From Okamejei kenojei (taxonomy: Eukaryota), in NCBI GenBank assembly GCA_035221665.1, contig CM069155.1, forward strand, positions 29,698,001 to 29,762,000: DNA of 64,000 nucleotides. Direction: 5' to 3'. The translations under genes and the position numbers were made by a program. Positions 24,425 through 36,306 of the stretch are shown one piece after another. Every line of letters starts with the position of its first letter. Position 1 is the stretch's first letter. The notes beneath the pieces are model-generated. The model made no database searches, was not told where the DNA came from, and worked only from the letters and a program-made list of their open reading frames with translations.

Positions 24425-26087
24425 TTGTTCTTACCTCGCATATAGAGATACACTATGGCTCAAGCAGAAATAATATTCTCCAAAACTCCATCAAGACGAG
24501 TAGAAGAGCTCTATTGCCCTATCCTCTGTTTTTGTTTCCAAAACAAAAAGTTCCATCAATACGCCATATTTTAATCAACATCGATAGCAAGATGAGCATT
24601 AGTATGCACGGGTAAGCTTCTTGAATCACTGCAGTAATCTGGCGATAGGACCCAAATCCTGCTATTGGAAAGGGATTTCCAAGAAATGGGCCCAGCAATC
24701 GCAAAGCAGAGCAATATATTTCGCACTCAACATCGGCTGTGACTTGTCTGGCAAGAGTAGTGCTCCTATGCTCTTATCCTGATTACGCACGGAGGTGTTG
24801 TCCTTTCTATGCATTCTTTAAGGGTACAATACAATGGTTTCGTACCCGCAAAATTGTTATGTATTTTGCGTATAGCCAAGAGAGTCGTCGCAATATATTG
24901 TTACTTGGAGGGGATGATTATTTAGAGTGAGAAAAGTATCAAAGAGCGGATTATTTTCTTCTGGATGTAGTTCAACTACTTGATTGCTGTTTGAGCTGCA
25001 TGGAGAATTCTTATGTCATCAATGTTGTTAATGCCAGTTAAATGGTGCATAATCATGCCACTGTATCACGGGAATGATTCTGCTGTTCCAACGGAGATAG
25101 CATTTCCGAAGTACCGAGGAGTAGAATAGTTTTGGAAACAATGTTTGCAACATTGATGCCTTTGCTTGACTTGTTTGCATGTCATCAATCTGAGGATTTA
25201 TGAGAATCGAGTATTAACTGTCCAGGCACATCGGCAGAACAGCCCGGTCTTCTTTGATCAATAACCAGCGAAATCGTTAGTTCAAATGTCAACATTTTGA
25301 AAATGTAAACGTGTTTTTTACTGTATTTTATTGTTCATAGTCGTTAGCATTGATTCAGCTGGTAATACTACCCTGCAGGGATAATCCACAAAGCGAAAGG
25401 AGCGCTGCCGCGACAACTAGCGCGATAGGGTTGCGATATAAAATCTGTGTACATTAGATCAAGTATAAGGCAACGCTGGTTGCATGTAAATATAATTTCA
25501 TTGGTCAGATGAAGTTGGACATAATTAATATCATAGCAATGCAAACACGTGCAGACATCGACGTCTTTAATATATAAAACTCGCCAGCAACTCCTTGGTC
25601 GATTAAACATGTTTCTCAATTTTATTCTCAATTAAGTCAATTGCCCGTGCTAAACCAGTGAACATATGTGCTGCTAGCAAGCATGCTTTCCAGAATTACA
25701 GCGGTTGAGACCCAAATTTGCAATTTCGAAAATAATTTTGCAGACAATTGCTTCTTCACATTGCGCTTTGAAAGATTTCCTGCACACCATCTTCACCTGA
25801 ATATTTACCAGTTTCAAATAAAATGTGGATGTGCAACTAAAAGGGTGAAGGTACATGTGGCGTACAATCGTGCGAGACCATGAGATCGGATTCTTCAGCC
25901 CCAGTTGGAATGCATTTTTCAAGAGTGAATGAACAGTCGCCAGAAATTATGATGAGGTATTCGATTATTTATTTGAAGGCGCATGCCGTGTAACTGCACA
26001 GCAAAAGATTCAGAATTAATGAAAAAGAATAGGTCAACACCTCCTTTCAAACGAAACAGAGTCTCTTATGTGCTTGAGTCTATATTA

Positions 26088-26340
26088 AATTGTACCGAGG
26101 TACAATTGTACCGAGATAAATTGTACCGAGATACTCGACACCAAATCCTTATTTACCTTGGAAATAATTTGACACAGGACGAATCTGGCAACTTCTGATT
26201 GGCGGAACACGCATTCTGATTTGACTGTTGATGGATAGATAAGGAACTCGCGGCGACGCCTTGTCATACGGTTCATAAGCGACACGGAGAGAAACACTGA
26301 GAAGCCACTTCACCTGGCGTTCTCCGCTCAATTAATTACA
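26088..26340 (+). promoter_or_regulatory. Putative promoter of cluster 2
   Basis: 3x AATTGTACCGAG (26088-26130), inverted CCAAT box CTGATTGG (26195-26202), AGATAAG (26237-43), E-box CACCTG (26311-16); motifs largely conserved in clusters 3 and 4. Confidence 0.55.
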
Positions 26341-26389
26341 ATGTCGTGCTGGATCTCTCTAGTCTATGCGTTAGCGTTTTCCGCAGCTT
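26341..26389 (+). CDS. IGL: Ig light chain cluster 2, leader exon
   Basis: acaATG start; MSCWISLVYALAFSAA + t; GTGAGT donor at 26390. Confidence 0.92.
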
Positions 26390-26509
26390 GTGAGTATTTA
26401 CTTCACTCGACATAATATTCAATCTCGCGTACGATTAAACCTTTCTATCCAAATCTGCTGTTTCTCTGATATTAGTTAAAATTCTACGTTTTTCTGTTTT
26501 GTTTTTCAG

Positions 26510-26851
26510 ATATAAATGCGCAAGTTGCACTAAATCAGCCGACTTCAAAATCCACATCTCTGGGAGAGAACATGGAAATACCCTGTACCCTGACTAGCGG
26601 CAGTTTAAGCAGTAGCGTCGTTTCCTGGTACCAGCAGATTCCAGGAACTGTTCCGCGGTATTTGTTCTACTATTACTCGGGCAGCATTTCCAGAGGCTCG
26701 GGAGTTTCTGAACGTTTCTCCGGATCAGTGTCAGGCAACACTGCAACATTGACAATATCGAACGTGCAGTCGGGGGACGCAGCGGATTACTACTGTGCTG
26801 TGTGGAAAGATGCTTTAATCTTCGGCAAAGGAACGAGGCTGGGTATTGGCA
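26510..26851 (+). CDS. IGL: Ig lambda-type cluster 2, germline-joined VJ exon
   Basis: tttttcAG acceptor; (Y)INA-QVALNQP..C..WYQQ..YYC-AVWKDALI-FGKGTRLGIG; GTAAGT donor at 26852. Confidence 0.95.
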
Positions 26852-26877
26852 GTAAGTAAAATACCTTCTATCTTTGG

Positions 26878-27027
26878 GTAGACACAAAAAGCTGGAGTAA
26901 CGCAGCGAGACAGGCTGCATCTCTGGAGATAATGAAAGGGTTGGAGGAAGGAACTGCAAAAGTTGGTTTCAACCGAAGATAGACACAACAAGCTGGATAG
27001 GAGGCATTTCTGGACGCAATGAATGGG
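26878..27027 (-). mobile_element. Tandem Penelope-pLTR-derived short repeats at the start of the J-C intron (also ~42752-42900, ~58398-58546)
   Basis: gacacaaaaagctggagtaac.cagcg..cagg..gcatct and gaaggaactgca match the pLTR end at 20497-20572. Confidence 0.65.
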
Positions 27028-28240
27028 TCTGCAGTTCCTTCCTGCATATTCCATCTTTGGGTTAATGATATAGCAGTGAAAAGTAATTGGTTTTTCTGTC
27101 GCTAATCGATGGTTCAAAGAAAAAGCTTTTAACGCTAATATGTTCAGCGTTCGACCAAAGTCGAGTTTCCTTTGGCAAATCATTATTGGTAGCTCTATCA
27201 AAGGGCCCAGCGTTAGGCCGGCCGTTTGTAATTTTTACACTAAATAACTAAAATAAAAGGTATTTAAAGTTGATTTTTTTTTAATTTCCGGGCACGATCG
27301 AGTCTTTTTTGGCAAATTAGTTGACAACAGCAATGATAGGACGAAACGGCTGTTTTATTATTCTTAATTACTTTGCGGACGGCGAGCTAACAATTATCAA
27401 ACCTGGATAAGAATTAGACGGAACGTAAAGGAAAGGGAAATAACTTTACAGGGACAAGGAATTGCAGATGCTGGTTTACAAAAAAAGACACAAAGCTCTG
27501 GAGTGACTCAGCGGGTAGGTCAGCATCTCTGGTGAACATGGATAGGGAGGTTTCGGTATGGGTCCCATCTTCAAATCAGTTTTGTTCCGTGTGACATCTT
27601 ATAACGCATTTTGCTGTTGTGCCATTAAGCGAAAGGAGTAAGATTCGCTATTCAAACTTCAGAAATCTGAGTTGAATTATTACTTCAAAGAGAAGAGACG
27701 GGTCGAGAAAAAACAAACATACGTTTCAGCATTAATCATATCAACCACTATTTAAAATGCGAGAAAACGGTCAATTTAACGTTGCTGCAAATTTAGTCTG
27801 TTCATCGATGGCTAAAACGGCAAAATATTCTTATCGTTAAAATCCAACCATTAGTAACATTTCGGTATCTAGTCTTAATAAATGAACAGATGAATTAAGG
27901 GAAGGTATTTAAAGAAAAGTAAAGTTTTAAGCGAGTTTAGTGGAACTTTCGCTGCAATGAAAACCTACAACTGGCTGTCGTGTAAAACACTGTCTTTTTT
28001 TATTGTAGCTGAAGCCAATGGAAATAATACTCTGGAGATCAATTAAAAACACTGCCGAAATAATAGATTTTACGCTGCTGCCCCATATTCTGCCCCATTG
28101 CCATAAATAGCAGTTATTTTGGGGGATCTCACTTGGAACGAATGAATCCATGCTATACCAACTGTATTTTTTAACAAAGTTAATATTTTAACCGAAGCAG
28201 TTCTGCTAGCCCTACTAACCTGTGACTTTTTTTTAAATAG

Positions 28241-28563
28241 AACCTCAGCCGCCCGCGGTGTCCGTCCTTGGACCTTCAGCACAAGAAATGATGGGAAAGG
28301 GAACCGCCACCCTTGTGTGTTTGGTGAACGGGTTTAATCCGGGTGCTGTGGAAATTGACTGGACTGTGGACGGCAGTGCGAGAAGGGATGGCGTTGAGAC
28401 CAGCCCAATCCAACAGGAGGCGGACAACACGTTCAGTGCGAGCAGTTACCTGACTCTGCCAGCCACAGTCTGGAACTCACACGACCTTTACTCCTGTGTG
28501 GTTAAACACGAGTCGCGGGCAAGCCCGGTGCAGGGAAACATCGCCAGGTCCGACTGTCTGTAA
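28241..28563 (+). CDS. IGL: Ig lambda-type cluster 2, constant exon
   Basis: TACTAAC branch point 28213-19, tAG acceptor 28239-40; (K)PQPPAVSVLGPS..ATLVCLV..YSCVVKHE..SDCL*. Confidence 0.95.
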
Positions 28564-29025
28564 AACTTATAGATTCCAACTAATCAAGCTGAAAAAATAT
28601 TTTGCTCCGTCTTTCATTTGTCAAAAATTGATATTAAAATATTATCTGTTATCCACTAGCATTTGCGTTAAAATTGTCCTTTGTCTCGCTGTTTGCAAAC
28701 GTCATTCCATCGAAGGAACTCGTTGTGAATTGAAACTCCAATGTTATTCAATGCATTCCCAAATATTCATTAAAATACAGTGGTTTAAAGATTACATTCA
28801 GCTTTGTTTTGCTTACTCACGTTACTAACATTTTCAAATACAACTCTCGATTAAAATCAATAATTCAATCTTCAAAGCAATATATTTGTTGGATTTTTAT
28901 TTCTGATCAGAGAAAATCAAATGTATTTAATCAACCTTCATTGTTTTACCTTATGGAAGAGCCGGTGATAAATCGTGCCGAACGTTATGTTATAAACTGG
29001 TGTGATTATAAATTGGTTCACATAG

Positions 29026-29043
29026 GCGCGCGCGCGCACACGC

Positions 29044-29093
<50 letters not shown>
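29026..29093. repeat. (CG)n(CA)n microsatellite
   Basis: Read directly; shorter versions at ~46963 and ~60844. Confidence 0.9.
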
Positions 29094-29095
<2 letters not shown>

Positions 29096-29429
29096 CCACA
29101 ATGGCGCGCTCATGTAGAAACGCATTCGAGGACAGACATTAATCGTTATATGTGACCTTGCTAATACTATTTACTTAGCAATTCCATGCTATTTCATCTG
29201 TGAATTAAATGGGTGGGGCTGGAGGGGAGTGAGAGTAATATGGTCTTTCTGCCTGTATATAGGGCGCTAGCACTCATGGAGTTTCACATATAGTTTTATT
29301 GTTCTCGCCTAATAGAGCTACTGAAGTTCTTGGTTGGTTCCTGCTGAGCTGATTAGTGGGATAAGTGCACGCTGCGAGGAACGACTGAGAAGTGCAGCCT
29401 ACCTTCTCATCCACTCCCTACACAGTGGG

Positions 29430-29613
29430 ACGCAATTTTACAGAGGCCAATTAACCTATGAACCCGCAATCTTTGGGATGTGGGAGGCAACCCACGACAT
29501 CACGTGGAGAATGTGTAAACGCCTCACATACAGCACCCGAGCTCAGGATCGAACCCTGGTCTCTGGCGCTGTCGAGACAGCTGCTCTACCAGGTGCGCCG
29601 CTATGCCACCCCA
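29430..29613 (-). mobile_element. tRNA-derived V-SINE (HE1-like); paralogous copies ~47320-47495 and ~61205-61390
   Basis: Minus strand shows A-box-like GGCGCACCTGG, B box GGTTCGATCC, then a V-domain-like cattctccacgtga..ctcccacatcccaaaga. Confidence 0.75.
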
Positions 29614-29844
29614 CAATATATAATGTAATATATAATATATAATATATAAATGTAATATATAAAACTCTTAGTGGTCTTGGCAGGAAAGGTGCAGACGTAA
29701 TTTCTCCTGATTGATGAAAATCCACAATGCGCAAAAGACAGTACAGCACAACACACGATCAAGCCTCTGGGCACTTCATGTCTCTGCCGACATGATGCCC
29801 AAACTAAATCTCATCAGCGTGCACGTGATCCGTATCCAGAAGTC

Positions 29845-31010
29845 ACAAATGCCACTGTTGCTTATGCCGCCACCACCACCCTCGCCAACGCCTTCCGGGT
29901 CCTCACCAACCTCTGTATATAAAATGTCCATGCGCCTCTCACTTTAAAGCTATGTCATCTAGTCCATGATATTTCCATTCTGGGGGGAAATGGTAATGAT
30001 TCTCTGCCCTATCTATGACTCTCATAATTTTATATATTTCTAGCAGGTCTCCCCTCGTCGTCAACGGTTACAGAGAAAACAACCAAATTCTGTCCAACCT
30101 CTGCTCGTAGTTAATGTCCCTAATTCAGGTATCATGCTGGTAAACATCCTCTGCGCCTTCTCGAAGGCCTCCACTTCCATGTAGTATTGGGGCGACAGGA
30201 AAAGATGGCAGTACACGAAATGCAGCCTAACAAAAGTCCTAAAGGTAGCATCATGACTCGCTGCCCTTATCCTGAATGCCCTGCCTAATGAAGGAAAACA
30301 TAAAATATGCCTTCTCACCACTATATAGTAGTGTTGCCACTGAGGGAGATATAGACTTGGTTCCCAAAATTCCTCTGTACATCAATACTGTTGTTATTAA
30401 TCGAAAGTAGACACAAAATGCTGGAGTAACTCAGCGGGTCAGGCAGCTTCCCGTATATTTCCCCTTACAATCGACCCCTCCCCCAGCACTTCAAGGCTCT
30501 GGTTAATCTGCATCTATCATTTCATCTCTCATTTTTATACTTAGTCTCTATCCTGCTGTATACTTTGATAGCCTTCCTCACTGTCCGCAATCTAGCTGCC
30601 ATCTGTAAACTTATTAACTGCTAGAGAAGGCGCAGAGATCTTGGTCATGGCTACTGCAAACTCGTCTTTTGCGTGTCTCAATAATATGTCCATTCATGTA
30701 CACTGCCCCTCAAGACACCCAACACCCACTTCTTAATCACACAGTGCCCTTGCATATGAATATTCGCCACATTGATCTCACTCTCCTCTTTGTCCTTCTC
30801 CTTGGTGAAAAGACATACAACGTACTCATTTAATACCTCGCCTATATCCCTTGAATCAAAGCACAAATTCCTCCCTTTATCCTCGAGTTACCATCTTTCT
30901 GGTTACCCTCTTGCATTTCATTTAGGTATAAAATGCGATCTTCTTTAATCTAGCTCGACAAACCCGTTTCATGCCCCCTTTTGGCTCTTCTAATCGACTG
31001 CTTAAGTGAT
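29845..31010 (-). mobile_element. Degenerate CR1 remnants (paralogues 47730-48480, 61620-62790)
   Basis: IGEVLNEYVVCLFTKEKD and EKAQRMFTSMIPEL-type fragments. Confidence 0.65.
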
Positions 31011-31031
31011 TTCTAACATGATTTTATATTT

Positions 31032-32375
31032 TTTTATAATAATATTTTTTATTAGAAGCATATACATATCGTAATCAGAACCAAAACACACTTTGTTTAT
31101 CAATTACATGTTGTTAGTGGCTGGGGTCCCAGCGGTTAAAATAGCTCAGGTCCTCATTTATCAATTACATATTAACACTGCTTATAATTGTTTATTTTAA
31201 TTTATAGATAAAAAAGATAAGAAAGAAAAAAAATGAATGAAAAATGTAGAATAAATTACCAATAATACAGCTTAGGAGATACGTCCGTAGGTTATAAAAC
31301 GTAACTATTCCTCTAATCCTGGATTCCATTTTCAGCCAGGCCCCCGTGCTGGACCAATTTACCCTTTCAAATAATCTATGAATGGAGACTAATTCTAACT
31401 AATTCTGGTTTGTCAATTAAGACAAGTCTAATTGTTTTCAAATGTAAGGTTTCCGACATCTCCATAATCCACATTTTAAAAGTGGGGGTTATTGGGTTTT
31501 TCCAAAATTTTTATATTAATTTTTTCCCGATTATTATACTATAATCAAGGAAATTTATTTGGCTTGTTGTGAGTTTTAGGCTTTGTTCTGATATTCCTAA
31601 TATTATTAGTTTGGGGTCAGGGTCCAATTGGATATTAACAACTTCAAAAATAATTTTTAAAATATCCGTCCAGAAATGTTTAATTGTTATACAATTTACA
31701 AAAGTATGAGTTAAATTAGCCGCTGAATATTGACATTTGTCACAGATAGGGGAGTTATTTAGAAACATTCGATTTAATTTTGTTTTAGTGTAATGCAGTC
31801 GATGTAGCACTTTAAATTGTATTAAAGAGTGTTTGGCATTTAACGAGCATTGATGTATATGTTGTCAACTTTCATCCCAAATACATTTCATTATAGGTTG
31901 AACTAATTCATTTCCCATGCTTGTCCATGTAATTCCGTCGACGGTACCTCACTATCTAAAAGAGTATTATAAATGTGAGATATTAATTTATCTGTATTAG
32001 GATGTTTATTCAAACAATCATCAAGAGTCTCTGGCTCTCTAGTTCTGTATTCTTGTGTATGTGATTTAACATCATCTCTAAGTTGTAAGTATCAAAAAAA
32101 ATATTTGAATGTAGTCCATAATTCTGTTGTAACTCCTGAAATGAAAGAAAAATATATTTTCTATAAAGATGTCCCACCTTTTTAATTCCATAATTTTTCC
32201 ATTGTACAAAACCTTTATCCAACACAGAAGGTTTAAATGAAGGATTATTTAAAATGGGGAGAAAGAGTGATAAATTATCCAATTTTAAAGTATTTTTTAA
32301 TTGTTTCCAAATTCGTATACCATTATATATTATATGATTTTCACTATAGGTTTTTTTATTCAGTTTTGTGGGATC
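31032..32375 (-). mobile_element. 5'-truncated L1-clade LINE
   Basis: LHRLHYT..CDKC..LTHTF..C..IKHFW (CCHC region); T-rich tail at left; TSD GATTTTATATTT 31020-31/32376-87; empty site at ~48496. Confidence 0.88.
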
Positions 32376-33877
32376 GATTTTATATTTCTGCCCGACTTCA
32401 TCTTCAGATAATGGGTTGGGTAATCAGGACTGAAAAGAAAAGTATTCTTGGCTGGATGCGATGATAATGTTTTGGATACTTTACTCCATATGCTTGCAGA
32501 TACCCAAACAGATTGATATCGAAAGAACTTTAAGCGATTCAAGGGAGTTGGGAAAAGGGCGTGACACTGGAGTTTCAAGGGCGTTCAACCCAGGACTCCC
32601 GGTGAAGCCTTCAACAACTTACTTATTCCTTCTTGTTATGTTCCCGGTTTGAATTTGGCAAAAGGGAGACACGTGACAATAATAATAAACCACACACAAA
32701 CAACCTCAGCAATCAATTTTGTGACCATGACAGTGACTCGGAACTATTGGATCTCAATGGAGTTTGCCTCTCGACAAGGCTCCTCCTAAAATGTTCAACT
32801 GCATGGAAGGCCTTCGCTTAATTCCTTTTGGACATCTTCGATAATATCAATAATATCACAGCAATTAACTCCCTTTCTAATATCTCATTATTTTGTGAGC
32901 TCTGAAAGTAACACTGAGCCCTTCTATTCCGTAGTTAGGTGCTGCCCTTGACACCAAACCGCCAAGACGCAACTTCCTGTCCACATATGCATAAATGATA
33001 TTGACTTGGCTCTGCATTGTTTCACACCTATCTAATTAATGAATTATGAACTAAATCTGGTTTTCTCTTTAGCAGGCGAAGATCAGTTGGTGCGCCTCTG
33101 TATCTCTATACCGCAAACTGTTTTCGCCTCATCTTGTCTTCAAATTGAACTGACAGCCTGCAATTTCAAGTCCTTCTGAACAGCAGCAAGTGCTCCTGTT
33201 ATCTACATTGCTATCACTGCCATTTATGCACGAACAATGCTCTCGTTCAGCCTCTTTTTAATGCTCATTCGTGTTTTTAGTGCTTAAAGGCACTAGTCAT
33301 AAACATCCTCGCTAACAATGTCCTTCACCACCAGAAACCTCGGCTACATTAATAGCTCATCACGAATTGCCTATAATTGCGTACAACAATCCTAATTTCT
33401 CTCATTCTTCTGAGTCTCCCTGTTAAGTCAGCGCTTCGGCTACTCAAGGTAGATGAGGAGTACCAATTTAAGACAAAGAGAACCACATATTGCTGGATTC
33501 ACAAGCTGCTGGAATACTCGGCGGGTCAGGTAGCAATTGTGAAATAGATGGAGAGGCGACGTTTAGGTCAGGTGCTGCGTGACCCGTCGGGAGATTCGAT
33601 CATTTTGTGTTTTATTTAACCAGTAATAACTGCCTAACTCAACATACTATATTTCGCTAACTACAGAAAATCTTTGCCCATTCCCCATTCCTCATATTTT
33701 AAAGATAACATTCACACAGCTTTTCACGGCTATTCGCAAAATGCAACATTTTCTTCAGAAACTCCGAAATCTTATTTGACCTGCAAAGTGCCATGGATTT
33801 GTCCGACCAAAGCTTTTCATCCGATGTAGTCGGGCTCTCCCTGTATGCCAGGCCAACGCCAATTTAATCTTCACTGT

Positions 33878-34308
33878 TTATTGAACCATATAAGATTATT
33901 AAAGGGTTGGACGCGCCAGAGGCAGGAAACATGTTCCCGATGTTGGGGAGTCCAGAACCAGGGGCCATAATTTAAGAACAAGGTTATAAGCTATTTAGAA
34001 CGGTGATGTGGAACACCTTTTCACACAGACAGTTGTTAGTCTGTGGCACTCTTCCTCACACATCAAACAATACCCATGCTACAATACCCAAAACATTCTC
34101 TGCCCCAGAGGGCGGTGGAGGCCGGTTCTCTGATAACTTTCAAGAGATTGCTAGATAGGATTGAAGATAGCGGAGTCAAGGGATATGGGGAGGAGGCAGG
34201 AACGGGGTACTGATTGTGGATGATCAGCCATGATCGCATTGAATGGCGGTGCTGGCTTGAAGGCCGTATGGCCTACTTCTGCACCGATTGTCTTTCGGCT
34301 ATTGTCTT
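33878..34308 (+). mobile_element. CR1 3' end (paralogous to 19655-20045 and 50095-50420)
   Basis: Same sequence and same downstream flank as the CR1 end at 20045. Confidence 0.8.
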
Positions 34309-34319
34309 ATACACAGCCA

Positions 34320-36300
34320 TGCCTATCGCTAACCAGCTCATTCTCCTTCAAATGGGAGTAAATCTCAATGAATTACTTCCAATAGTTTCCTACCACTGAC
34401 GCGAGTCTCATCGGCCTCTATTTCCCTGGATTCTTTCTACGTCTCAATCAACAAAGGAACAACTGGTCATTTTCCAGACCTCTTGGTGCTCGCCTGTGGC
34501 TACAGAAGCAACAAACCTTCTTGTCAGGACCCCTGGAATCACCTCTCGCCTCCCTCAATAAACTGGGATAGATACCAACGAGTGCAGGGGACCTATACAA
34601 CTCAATGTTCCTCAAGACCCTCACTGCCGTTCTTTTCGATCTCAAGCCCCAGCATATGTGCCCTAGCATATTTGTATTCTCCACACTGATCTCACCGTCA
34701 TCCACGTCTTTCTCCTTGGTGAATACAGATGCAGAACACACTCTTTCAACAATTCCGCTGCATCCGTTATCATTGATCAGACCTACCGTATCGCTTGGCA
34801 CCCATCTTGTTTTTAACATATGTATAAAAAGCGGCAATATATTCCTTATCCTAACTCATCAATTACATTTCATGACCAGTTTGGCCCTACTAATCACCCG
34901 GTTCAGCTTTCTGCTACTTGCCATTCCTCACAATCCCCGTATGATGCCACTTTGATAAATCTGACATACGCTTCCGTTTTCTCAAAAGGTTTATAACCTC
35001 CGTGATCGTTCACGGTACCCATACCATGCAATCGTTACCCATCTTCCTTATTGGGACATGCTGATCCTGTACTTATGTGAAATAACTCCCATACGTTAGC
35101 TGTGGACATATTCAATAACAACTGCTCACAAGCTCCTGCCTAATGACATTTTAATCTGTTTTGCTACTGTGAACATCCAGACCAATCCTTACCCAAACCA
35201 ATATTAAACCTGGTAAAGTTGAGGACACTATCCTCAAGTGCTCTTCCAGCATACCACTAGGCCAAGCTAATTTCCCAACACAAGGTCCAGTATCGTCCCT
35301 CCTGGATTCAGACCATACATAAACTGTTTAAGGCAAATTTCTTGGATATACTTCATAAATTCTGCCTCATGTAACCCCATTTCACTGAACACATTACAGT
35401 CAATATTGGGCAAGTTAATGATACCCACTACAACAACACTGTAGTTCATGCGTCTGTTTGCATATCCGATCCATCTACCGCTGATTATTGGGTGTCCCAT
35501 AATATAATCCCATTGGAGAGACCGTTCCTTTGTTCTTTTTAAGCACAACCGATATGCCTCATTATATGTACGCTCCAGTATGTCCCCTCTGAGTACCGTA
35601 ATCTCAAATATCGAAGCCCCGATACATTGAACTGCCAGTCGTATCTCTCCCACAACCAAGTTTCCATAAAGGCCACAACATTACTACTCCAAGCACTGAT
35701 CTCAACTATCTACGATCATTTAGCTTTATATACAATACTCCTTGCATTGAAGTAAACATGTCATCCCTTAATTACCCCCAAAATCATGAACCACTCCCTG
35801 CCCATCTTTCCTTTGAGACTTGTTATAACCTCCACTTTCTCATCAGCCTTTCCATTTGCAAACGTGCTCCTTTCATTCCCTTTCTCTGTCAATTTTAGGT
35901 TAAATTCTCACAAGCAAACTTCACTGCAAGGATGTTGGTGTCCCTTCAGTTCAAGTGCAACCTGTCCCTCTTGTGCAAGTCGCCCTTGCAGCAATAGAAA
36001 TCTCAATGGTCTACAATCTGAATCCTTTCCCCTGCACCAACTCCTCAGCCATGCATTCATCTGTCCTAGCCTCCTAATACTACCCTCACTAACGTGGCAA
36101 CTGTAGTAATCTAGAGATTACCACCCAGCAGGTGGTAATTTTAACCGTTTACCTATCTCCCCATAGACACTCCGTAGGACCTCATTGCTCTTCGTTATAT
36201 TTTGCTGAACTCCCTATATTCTCTCCACAGGACCCCATCCCCTTTCCTAACCTTTTTCCCAACTCTTTTTACTCCTCTATAGGACCTCATCCAGTTTTCC
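34320..36300 (-). mobile_element. Degenerate CR1 remnant (continues ~38173-38700)
   Basis: SVFTKEKD and GGTILDLVLGN fragments; paralogous to 20060-22760. Confidence 0.65.
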
Positions 36301-36306
36301 ACATAT

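Noticed and set aside
26088-26130. CRISPR-like repeat array
   Set aside because: Eukaryotic locus; repeats are 12 bp with 3-4 bp spacers and there are no cas genes
26085-26331. Short antisense ORFs recurring in each unit (also 41951-42197, 57596-57842, 29711-29947, 61486-61722)
   Set aside because: Recurrence is explained by recent segmental duplication; no recognisable domains, and they overlap promoter or repeat DNA
29540-29612. tRNA gene on the minus strand
   Set aside because: The A/B boxes belong to a SINE head followed by a V-domain; no full cloverleaf is evident
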